From Macrostomum lignano (taxonomy: Eukaryota), in the NCBI GenBank assembly GCA_002269645.1, contig NIVC01001131.1, forward strand, positions 1-64,000: a DNA stretch of 64,000 nucleotides. Direction: 5' to 3'. The notes beneath the pieces are model-generated. The model saw only the letters and a list, made by a program, of their open reading frames with translations, searched no databases and was not told the DNA's origin. The position numbers were made by a program, and so were the translations under genes. Every line of letters begins with the position of its first letter. Within the stretch, counting starts at the first letter, position 1. Of the stretch, positions 53,715 to 64,000 are shown piece after piece.

Positions 53715-54830
53715 GTCAGGATAGACAGTAGGGTGTCAGGATAGACAGTAGGGTGTCAGGATAGACAGTAGGGTGTCAGGACAGACAGTAGGGTTTCAGG
53801 ATAGACAGTAGGGTGTCAGGATAGACAGTAGGGTGTCAGGATAGACAGTAGGGTGTCAAGATAGACAGTAGCGTGTCAGGATAGACAGTAGGGTGTCAGG
53901 AAAGAGAGTAGGGTGTCAAGATAGACAGTAGGGTGTCAAGATAGACAGTAGGGTGTCAAGATAGACAGTAGGGTGTCAGGATAGACAGACAGTAGGGTGT
54001 CTGGATAGACAGTAGGGTGTCAGGATAGACAGACAGTAGGGTGTCTGGATAGACAGTAGGGTGTCAGGATAGACAGTAGGGTGTCAGGATAGACAGTAGC
54101 GTGTCAGGATAGACAGTAGGGTGTCAGGATAGAGAGTAGGGTGTCAAGATAGACAGTAGGGTGTCAAGATAGACAGTAGGGTGTCAGGATAGACAGACAG
54201 TAGGGTGTCTGGATAGACAGTAGGGTGTCAGGATAGACAGTAGGGTGTCAGGATAGACAGTAGGGTGTCAGGATAGACAGTAGGGTGTCAGGATAGACAG
54301 TAGGGTGTCAGGATAGACAGTAGGGTGTCAGGATAGACAGTAGGGTGTCAAGATAGACAGTAGCGTGTCAGGATAGACAGTAGGGTGTCAGGATAGAGAG
54401 TAGGGTGTCAAGATAGACAGTAGGGTGTCAAGATAGACAGTAGGGTGTCAAGATAGACAGTAGGGTGTCAGGATAGACAGACAGTAGGGTGTCTGGATAG
54501 ACAGTAGGGTGTCAGGATAGACAGACAGTAGGGTGTCTGGATAGACAGTAGGGTGTCAGGATAGACAGTAGGGTGTCAGGATAGACAGTAGCGTGTCAGG
54601 ATAGACAGTAGGGTGTCAGGATAGAGAGTAGGGTGTCAAGATAGACAGTAGGGTGTCAAGATAGACAGTAGGGTGTCAGGATAGACAGACAGTAGGGTGT
54701 CTGGATAGACAGTAGGGTGTCAGGATAGACAGTAGGGTGTCAGGATAGACAGTAGGGTGTCAGGATAGACAGTAGGGTGTCAGGATAGACAGTAGGGTGT
54801 CAGGATAGACAGTAGGGTGTCAGGATAGAG
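53715..54830. repeat. 20-bp minisatellite (GATAGACAGTAGGGTGTCAG) with a 492-bp higher-order duplication
   Basis: GCGTG variants at 53871/54363 and 54099/54591. Confidence 0.97.
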
Positions 54831-55231
54831 AAACTGAGTATTATTTCTAATCTTGTGAATAGTCTGCTCATCCATGACAACCCAGCCAGTCAGTAATGCC
54901 CTAATTGCGTTCTCTTTTTGTAGAACAGAATCCTGATTTAGGACAACTGTTTCAGTCAGATTGTACCCAACCCTCTAAGCCAAAGACATTCCAGTTAATA
55001 AATGATTAACAAGTTCTTAATCGGATTTTTATGCAAGCGCACTGCGTAAATTAGCATATTTAATTATAGGAAATGAGCATTTCTTAGAATCCTTAGGAAG
55101 TTTGAATTTGAAGAAATTTCTTACAAGATTTGCTTAATCTGCTTCTTTGAGAACGGAACAAATCGAATGGGATTTTCGAGACCGAAAGATGGAGCCGACT
55201 TACTCATTATCTTTTAGCCTGAAGTTCAGTA

Positions 55232-56575
55232 AGACTCTCAGCTGTCCTCTGTACCTTCAGGTGGACTGTCTCAGCTGTCCTCTGTACCTTCAGGTGGACT
55301 GTCTCAGCTGTCCTCTGTACCTTCAGGTGGACTGTCTCAGCTGTCCTCTGTACCTTCAGGTGGACTGTCTCAGCTGTCCTCTGTACCTTCAGGTGGACTG
55401 TCTCAGCTGTCCTCTGTACCTTCAGGTGGACTGTCTCAGCTGTCCTCTGTACCTTCAGGTGGACTGTCTCAGCTGTCCTCTGTACCTTCAGGTGGACTGT
55501 CTCAGCTGTCCTCTGTACCTTCAGGTGGACTGTCTCAGCTGTCCTCTGTACCTTCAGGTGGACTGTCTCAGCTGTCCTCTGTACCTTCAGGTGGACTGTC
55601 TCAGCTGTCCTCTGTACCTTCAGGTGGACTGTCTCAGCTGTCTCCTGTACCTTCAGATGGACTGTCTCAGCTGTCTCTTGTACCTTCAGATGGACTGTCT
55701 CAGCTGTCCTCTGTACCTTCAGGTGGACTGTCTCAGCTGTCTCCTGTACCTTCAGATGGACTGTCTCAGCTGTCTCTTGTACCTTCAGCAGACTGTCTCA
55801 GCTGTCTCCTGTACCTTCAGGTGGACTGTCTCAGCTGTCTCCTGTACCTTCAGGTGGACTGTCTCAGCTGTCTCTTGTACCTTCAGATGGACTGTCTCAG
55901 CTGTCTCTTGTACCTTCAGATGGACTGTCTCAGCTGTCCTCTGTGCCTTCAGGTGGACTGTCTCAGCTGTCCTCTGTACCTTCAGGTGGACTGTCTCAGC
56001 TGTCTCTTGTACCTTCAGATGGACTGTCTCAGCTGTCCTCTGTACCTTCAGGTGGATTGTCCCAGTTGTCTCCTGTGCCTTCAGATGGACTGTCTCAGCT
56101 GTCTCCTGTGCCTTCAGGTGGACTGTCTCAGCTGTCTCCTGTACCTTCAGATGGACTGTCTCAGCTGTCTCTTGTACCTTCAGCAGACTGTCTCAGCTGT
56201 CTCCTGTACCTTCAGGTGGACTGTCTCAGCTGTCTCCTGTACCTTCAGGTGGACTGTCTCAGCTGTCTCTTGTACCTTCAGATGGACTGTCTCAGCTGTC
56301 TCTTGTACCTTCAGATGGACTGTCTCAGCTGTCCTCTGTGCCTTCAGGTGGACTGTCTCAGCTGTCCTCTGTACCTTCAGGTGGACTGTCTCAGCTGTCT
56401 CTTGTACCTTCAGATGGACTGTCTCAGCTGTCCTCTGTACCTTCAGGTGGATTGTCCCAGTTGTCTCCTGTGCCTTCAGATGGACTGTCTCAGCTGTCTC
56501 CTGTGCCTTCAGGTGGACTGTCTCAGCTGTCCTCTGTACCTTCAGGTGGACTGTCTCAGCTGTCTCCTGTACTTT
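55232..56575. repeat. 33-bp minisatellite (CTGTCTCAGCTGTCCTCTGTACCTTCAGGTGGA)
   Basis: Homogeneous 5' part and variant-rich 3' part. Confidence 0.97.
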
Positions 56576-57572
56576 CAGAAGTACTTCAGCTTCTCTAATT
56601 CCATGTCAAAATATTTCGAAAGATTTCTAGGCAACTATTAAATGCAATCCTAGAAATAAAATTATGATTTTTCACACCTGATCTCTTTCAAAAGCTCAGC
56701 GCAATCTAACAAATTTTGATTGGCATTTGAAAGTGCGGGACAAGAGTCCAATTGGAACACTTTTCCTGCTGAATTCCAGTATTTTAAGTGTGGTGGTGGT
56801 AGTTTATAATCGCATGTGTGCCTCATCTACGAAGATGCACGGAGCTCTGGAACCGTTCATTTTATATGCGTCATGGTTTTATGGACCATGCGGTTTATGA
56901 ATAGCGAGCGGATTTAGAAGTGGAAGGTTCAGGAAAAATGCGCCCATCAAAGAACAAGAGAAAATTGGAATTTCGTGCGGAGCGGTCGTTCTTCAGACAA
57001 TAATTAATCAGCAAGAGGCTGCAGGGCTTCATCTGCTAAAAGCAATTAGTCCACTTGGAGTTGGACACGAACTTTCAGACAAATCTTTTGCTTGCTCTGT
57101 GCCTGTCTATTCGTGTCTGTTTGAATAATAGCAGTTGAATTTCTACCTGAATTCAATTTTTAGCATTCTCAGACTACACTAAATTGAAATGACGAGACTC
57201 TGGGAATTATTATCTGCAATTCCTATTTATGCTACTTTGAGTAGAACAGTTTGACTGTCGGTTTTAGAAATTCAGATTTTAGTCATCGGTATTTTAGTCA
57301 AATAGCTGACGTATTTTCAAATTACGAGCATCCCAAATTAGCTCGTAAATTGTGATTATTAGAACAATTTCTTTCATTATTTTTTAGTATTTTATAATAA
57401 AAAAACAAGTTGAAGATGCTAATAAATTATTCTCTGAAAATTCATAAATATTTTGTTTTAATACACTTAATTGATAAATCAGTGAGGCGGCAATTCAAAA
57501 AATTAGGGAGTTGCGATTTCTTACGTTCAGACTTTTCTGCTCCCCAAAACAAATTTGTGACGAGCTGTGAAG

Positions 57573-60500
57573 ATGAGTCAAGCATTGTTGGTCGTTATGT
57601 TGCTGTCTTCAAGTGTAGCATTTTCTTGTACATCTGCCGCGATTTTGGAGCTGACTGAATCCAATTTTAAGCGCACCTTGGGTGAGACAAAAAATTAATC
57701 TGCCAATATCTTCAGCTAATACTTTGAGAAGTTTGATGCTGTATGTTCCATTTTGGGTGTAATCCGTGATTCGTGATTCCAATTTCTCAATATTCTAGCC
57801 TATTGGGATTTGAATCCTCAACATCTTTGATACCATTGGGATTTGAATCCTCAATATATTTGATCCCATTGGGATTAGAATCCTCAATATATTTGATCCC
57901 ATTGGGATTTGAATCCTCAATATATTTGATCCCATTGGGATTAGAATCCTCAACATATTTGATCCCATTGGGATTTGAGTCCTCAATATATTTGATCCCA
58001 TTGGGATTAGAATCCTCAACATATTTGATCCCATTGGGATTAGAATCCTCAATATATTTGATCCCATTGGGATTAGAATCCTCAACATATTTGATCCCAT
58101 TGGGATTTGAGTCCTCAATATATTTGATCCCATTGGGATTAGAATCCTCAACATATTTGATCCCATTGGGATTTGAGTCCTCAATATATTTGATCCCATT
58201 GGGATTAGAATCCTCAATATATTTGATCCCATTGGGATTAGAATCCTCAATATATTTGATCCCATTGGGATTAGAATCCTCAATATATTTGATCCCATTG
58301 GGATTAGAATCCTCAACATATTTGATCCCATTGGGATTAGAATCCTCAACATATTTGATCCCATTGGGATTAGAATCCTCAACATATTTGATCCCATTGG
58401 GATTAAAGTCCTTAACTCTGAACGCCCTAGCAACCGAACAAAAATCCCCTTTAAAAGCCACCCCCAGGCTGTCATTCGTGAGTTTCCACGTGGACTGGTG
58501 CCCGCACAGTCAATCGCTGAAGCCGATAATTGATCGGGCAGCTGAGGAGTTGGAGACCGAGTACCCGGATCCCAACCAACTCACCTTCGCCAGGGTGGAC
58601 GGTGACGCAGAGCCAGAGCTGGCAAAGCGGCACGGGGTGATGAAGTATCCGACTATGAAGATTTTCCGGTGCGTTGTATTGAGAATCTACATTACGGAGC
58701 CCAGATCCCGGATCCCAAATCCTCCCAGATCCTGATTCCTGAATCCTAGATCTACATATCCTACAATCAGAATCCCAGGTCTAGCAGATCTCCCAATCCA
58801 GATCTTAGGTCTACAGATCCCACAATCCAGATCCCAGGTTTATAGATCCCACAATCCAGATCCCAGGTCTACAGATCCCTAAATAAAGATCCCCAAGTCT
58901 ACAGATCCCACAATAAAGATCCTCAAGTCAACAGATCCCACAATAAAGATCCCCAGATCCCAGCCTCCAAGTTCCAGCTACTCGTCAAAACTCTCGCTAA
59001 ATACGATTTCACCCAAACCGCAGCTACGGTGCATCAGTGCGCCTCGAATACCGCGGCCAACGCTCAGTGGACGCAATCAAAGAATTTGTCCGAGCTCAGC
59101 TGTCCGATTCTCTGACTCGGCTGGCAGCTCCTGTCTCGGACAGTCAGGTTCCTGTGGAACCTCGGCAGAAAGCCATGATTGGCCGTTTCCGCAGCAACGA
59201 TTCCGCCGGTCTGGACACCTTCCTGCGAGTGGCCGAACTGCTCCGTGATGAGGAATGCGTCTTCTTGGCCATTGTTGGGTGCGCGACAGCTATTGGCCGG
59301 ACTTTATTGAGTTGTAGTGATTTTTAAAGAAACAAATTATTATAATTATATACATTACTGACAGTAGAAATGTCAGGGCTAGGAAACATCACTGCAATAG
59401 CAATATGTTCGGGGGAGAGAAAAGAGAAGAGAGATTTAGTCGAGAAAGGAGAGATATAGAAGAGAGAAGAGAGATCTAGGGGAGAGAGGAGATAGATCTA
59501 GGGGAAAGAGGAGAGAGATTTAGGAGAGAGAGAGGAGATCTAGGGGAGAGAGGAGAGAGATTTAGGAGAGAGAGAGGAGATCTAGGGGAGAGAGGAGCGA
59601 CCTAGAAGAGAGAGGAGAGAGATCTAGAAGAGAGAAGAGAGATCTAGGGGAGAGAGGAGAGAGATCTAGGGGAAAGAGGAGAGAGATTTAGGAGAGAGAG
59701 GAGAGAGATCTAGAAGAGAGAGGAGAGAGATCTAGGAGAGAGAGGAGAGAGATCTAGGAGAGAGAGGAGAGAGATCTAGGAGAGAGAGGAGAGAGATCTA
59801 GGAGAAAGAGGAGAGAGATCTAGAAGAGAGAGGAGAGAGATCTAGGAGAGAGAGGAGAGAGATCTAGGAGAAAGAGGAGAGAGATCTAGGAGAGAGAGGA
59901 GAGAGATCTAGGAGAAAGAGGAGAGAGATCAGGGAGAGGAGAGCAAGCGATAAAAAGACACAGCAGCCGTAGAAACCTCAGCCCTTCTATTCCCCATTGC
60001 ATTCTGTTTGTAGCTGCTTGTCATTTTTCGAGTCCAAGCCTTGAAACAGATTTGAGTCGTAAATCGAAGAGGCCGGATGTAAGGCAGTTTTTATTAGCCT
60101 GAGTATCGATCAGTTTGATTCAAACATGACTCAGGAAGTTGGTCGGGGCCTGCGTTAACTGTTTATATAAAATAGCGCATTATATTTTCTTACTGTTTAA
60201 AAAAGCCAATCGTAAACACTAAGAATTTTCCAGAACTCTTTTCATTGGGTAGGTTCTAGTCGGTGTTTTAAATTCCATACTGCTTACTCATTTGAAGTAG
60301 TATAGACAATAGACAAACCAGACTTTCTGTTTCAATTACAGAGAAAAAGATGAACCAGAAAGTGTTGTCTATCAGAGAGGGGTGAGTGAATCACTTTTAA
60401 ATTGAAGCAAATTGTTTGTATCGTTTGATCCTTTTTTGGTAATCAACCCCCATTATATGGCGTTGCAATAAATCAACCTCAATCAAGCAGTTTTTTTATA

Positions 60501-63114
60501 AGCCTCCTATTCTGGGTTCGCAATGAAACCCACCCCATTAATCAGCCTCCTATTCTGGGTTCGCAATGAAACCCACCCCATTAATCAGCCCCTATTCTGG
60601 GGTCGCAATAAAACCCACCCCATTAATCAGCCCCTATTCTGGGGTCGCAATGAAACCCACCCCATTAATCAGCCCCTATTCTGGGGTCGCAATGAAACCC
60701 ACCCCATTAATCAGCCCCTATTATGGGGTTGCAGTAAAACCCACCCCATTAATCAGCCCCTATTATGGGGTTGCAGTAAAACCCACCCCATTAATCAGCC
60801 CCTATTCTGGGGTCGCAATAAAACCCACCCCATTAATCAGCCCCTATTTTGGGGTCGCAATGAAACCCACCCCATTAATCAGCCCCTATTATGGGGTTGC
60901 AGTAAAACCCACCCCATTAATCAGCCCGTATTCTGGGGTCACAATGAAACCCACCCCATTAATCAGCCCCTATTATGGGGTTGCAGTAAAACCCACCCCA
61001 TTAATCAGCCCCTATTCTGAAGTCGCAATAAAACCACCCTAAAAACCTGCAGACAGACATGGCTACGCAGATCAGTCTAGACTACATAGAAGAAATCGCT
61101 TTGAAACGTTTGGCCTTTCAAAAATGCATGCCCATTGTTCGAGAATTAACCTTCGAAAATGCTGAAGCGATCACTGAGGAAGGCCTGCCATTGTTTGTGC
61201 TGTTCTATCGAGACGACGGCTCGACTGTTGTTGACAAATATAAATCTGCGGTTGAAAATGAACTGAAAAAATATACAGGTATGTTGATAAATTAAGTCCA
61301 AGTTTGAGAACTAATTAAACAAGATTTATTTAGAACATTGTAGTCAGAGTAGGGATTTTTTACGCCGAAGCCAGATCACGGGTGAAGTTATTGTCCTTGA
61401 TAACGAATACTCAGAAACCTCGGCTCTGGCTTATTTAAAGTTCGAAGCTCACTTTTCGACACAAAAATTTTAAGTATATAGGACTAGCAATCAGCGCCCC
61501 CTGTTTAAGAGCCAACAATGAATGGAATACGAATTTTTGTATAAACTGCATGTACGCTCGTAGCTTCTTGACAGTCTTGACAGCTCAGCTATACCCCCCA
61601 TGAGCTTTGACATCTCAACAATCCCCCTTGAGCCTTGACATCTCAGCAATCCCCTAACCCTAACCCTAAATCCGTGACATCTCAGCAATTCTTTCACCGT
61701 AAGCCTTGACATTTCATGTAATTCTCCCTAGAGAATTACTGAGAAGCATAGTGTTCGACATTGTGCTTCTCAGGGGCATCGCCATTGCTTTTATGGTGGG
61801 GGGGGGCAAAGCCAACAATTATGCATGTACATAACTAATTTCCTACATTTACATTATTTTCAGAATCGGTGTTGTAAGCACACAATTTAGCGCCACGGGC
61901 ACTCATTTTGGCGCCGCAGGCACCATATGAGCGCCACAGGCATTCATTTTAGCGCCTCAGGCACTCATTTTAGCGCCTCAGGCACCCATTTTAGCGCCGA
62001 AGGCACTCATTTTAGCGCCGAAGGCACTCATTTTAGCGCCACAGGCACTCATTTTAGCGCCACAGGCACTCATTTTAGCGCCTCAGGCACTCATTTTAGC
62101 GCCGAAGGCACTCATTTTAGCGCCGCAGGCACTCATTTTAGCGCCTCAGGCACTCATTTTAGCGCCGCAGGCACTCATTTTAGCGCCGCAGGCACTCATT
62201 TTAGCTCCGCAGGCACTCATTTTAGCGCCGAAGGCACTCATTTTAGCGCCGCAGGCACTCATTTTAGCTCCGCAGGCACTCATTTTAGCGCCGCAGGCAT
62301 TCATTTTAGCGCCTCAGGCACTCATTTTAGCGCCGCAGGCACTCATTTTAGCTCCGCAGGCACTATGTTTTCTCGCCCGGCAGCAAATTTATTGATTTCC
62401 ATAACGGGTCGCAAGGTGGGGTGGGGGAACAAAGCGTTGGCATGTCCCCCCAGATCTTTAACTTTAAAGATCGCCCCCAGTCACCTCGTTGGCGACGCCC
62501 CTGACGCTTCTTTATGTTTTACAATAAAGAATGTAATCCAATTTTTTTAATAAACAACATGTAGCTTCTGACCTCAGCCTTTATATCTTAGCAATCCCCC
62601 CGTAAGCCTTGCCATCTCAGAAGCAATTCCCCCATAATTTAGATACAAATGTAGAGGCTGGGTCAACAACTCTTTGACTGTAAAATTTATCCTAACCCTA
62701 ACCCTAACAGGTTTGCCCTGAACAGGCTAAAACGAATTAACTATAAGTGTACAAATCCATGTACTCCCCCCCTACCCAGACAAGATCAACTTTTTGTACG
62801 GTCCTGGCGCCCTGTTCGTTCGAGCAATTCGTCAAATGGGAAAATCGTTGGACGACCTGCCACTGATTGCCATCGACAGCTTCCAGCACATCTATGCGTT
62901 TCCGCACGATGTTAGAGACACGCTTGACGGATTCAATAGCCGTTTGGTGACGTTCATCGAGGACCTGCTGAGCGGCGAGTTGCACCGGCGGTATCACGAG
63001 GCCAAGGAGGGCAGCAGGGCGTCGGCGAGCATGGCCACGGAGCCACCGGTCAGCGTGTTTCGACGATTGGCGCCGAGTGAATCGCGGTACTCCTTTGTCC
63101 GTGAGGAACTGTAG
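57573..63114 (+). CDS. ERP44: ERp44-like ER thioredoxin-fold protein (CxxS motif, C-terminal REEL)
   Basis: Exons 57573-57681 (signal peptide MSQALLVVMLLSSSVAFS...ILELTESNF), 58458-58668 (FHVDWCPHSQSLKP...FARVDGD...KYPTMKIFR), 59024-59278 (EYRGQRSVDAI), 60342-60381, 61053-61278 (CMPIVRELTFENAEAITEEGLP) and 62780-63114 (LPLIAIDSFQH...LLSGELHRRYH...SESRYSFVREEL). All joins are GT-AG and in phase. Confidence 0.93.
57797..58408. repeat. 33-bp minisatellite with internal palindrome ATCCCA-T-TGGGAT (ERp44 intron 1)
   Basis: Direct reading. Confidence 0.97.
58700..58965. repeat. Degenerate AGATCCC-core repeat (ERp44 intron 2)
   Basis: Direct reading. Confidence 0.8.
59410..59942. repeat. GA-rich minisatellite GAGAGAGGAGAGAGATCTAG-type (ERp44 intron 3)
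   Basis: Direct reading. Confidence 0.93.
60515..61040. repeat. 42-bp minisatellite (ERp44 intron 4)
   Basis: ATTAATCAGCCCCTATTCTGGGGTCGCAATGAAACCCACCCC units. Confidence 0.97.
61885..62362. repeat. 21-bp minisatellite CACTCATTTTAGCGCCGCAGG (ERp44 intron 5)
   Basis: Direct reading. Confidence 0.97.
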
Positions 63115-63227
63115 CTTGTTAGTCGCTGTGGGACTGGAATTTGTTGTTACCTGGCTGAAACTGGTTGCCTTGGGCTTATTCTTTGTTAGAGGCCTAGTTT
63201 TTGATGGAGTTGTCAAGTTCAGAAAGG

Positions 63228-63630
63228 TTGCTAGGGTGTTATGAGGTTTGCTGGGGTGTCATGATGTTTGCTAGAGTGTCATAAGGTCTGCTAGGGTGTC
63301 ATGAGGTCTGCTAGGGTGTCATAAAATGTGCTGGGGTGTCATGATGTTTGCTAGGGTGTCATGAGGTTTGCTAGAGTGTCATGAGGTCTGCTAGGGTTTC
63401 ATAAAGTGTGCTAGGGTGTCATGAGGTTTGCTAGAGTGTCATGAGGTCTGCTAGGGTGTCATGATGTTTGCTAGGGTGTCATGATGTTTGCTAGGGTGTC
63501 ATGATGTTTGCTAGGGTGTCATGATATTTGCTAGGGTGTCATGAGGTCTGCTGGGGTGTCATGGAGTCTGCTAGGCTGTCACGAGGCTTGCTAGGGTGTC
63601 ATGGGGCTTGCTAGGGTGTCATGAGGTGTG
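63228..63630. repeat. 20-bp minisatellite GCTAGGGTGTCATGAGGTTT downstream of the ERp44 stop
   Basis: Direct reading. Confidence 0.93.
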
Positions 63631-63879
63631 ATAGAGTTTCATGTGACCTGGTTGGGAGTAATATGCATGATTACTATCGGTATGAAATCTAGTTTAGGGA
63701 TTATTCTCATTCGGTTTCACATTTTCTGAATCATAACCAACTGCTGACAAATAAAATTTTAACAATGCAGCACAGTGCTCCACTTCACAACACTACTGTT
63801 ATCAGTAGTTATGATGTCTGCTCTGTGTCAAATAAAAATGCTAAAAAGATTTTAAGAGGCCGAACTTATGGCCGGAATT

Positions 63880-64000
63880 GGAGGGAGAGAGGGAGAGTGG
63901 GAGAGAGGGGAGAGGGAGAGAGGGATATAGGGATAGTGGGAGAGAGGGGGGAGAGGGAGAGAGGGGGAGAGGGAGAGGGAGAGAGGGAGAGTGGGAGAGC
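63880..64000. repeat. GA-rich low-complexity tract
   Basis: Direct reading. Confidence 0.85.

Noticed and set aside
55147-62550. Repeat-protein-like ORFs (VDCLSCPLYLQ, LIPLGLESSIY, PINQPLFWGR, GTHFSAA)
   Set aside because: Units of 21, 33 or 42 bp are multiples of 3 and keep frames open by chance; three of them lie inside ERp44 introns.

Overview
Eukaryotic, intron-rich animal DNA. The simple-repeat density and low-complexity exons resemble a free-living flatworm such as Macrostomum, but that assignment is inference only. Three gene regions are present. (1) 1-11.4 kb, minus strand: two tandem paralogous genes for cell-surface proteins built from CUB-CUB, a lectin-like segment and repeated Ig-like exons; the upstream copy has a TM exon. 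(2) 13.3-32 kb, possibly extending to 39.7 kb, minus strand: a KCNQ (Kv7) potassium channel whose exons I could join in phase from S1 to the C-terminus, except at a damaged exon 3 tail and a 1-nt shift in the last exon. (3) 57.6-63.1 kb, plus strand: a six-exon ERp44-like thioredoxin-fold protein ending in REEL. The 26-64 kb part holds more than 20 different micro/minisatellites. Mobile elements include a tRNA-derived SINE family (3 copies), a Penelope-like remnant with a degenerate hammerhead motif, an RTE-like fragment, a 53-bp hAT-type MITE and a 172-bp foldback. The strongest novel signal is in KCNQ: two 111-nt candidate mutually exclusive pore/S6 exons, one canonical (GYGD...PAG) and one non-canonical (GYGQ...PPG). 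Between them lies an antisense intronic element complementary to the splice acceptor and selectivity-filter codons of both exons, a candidate competing RNA-pairing switch or editing guide. Several 1-nt frameshifts, mostly at homopolymers, suggest consensus errors in the assembly.
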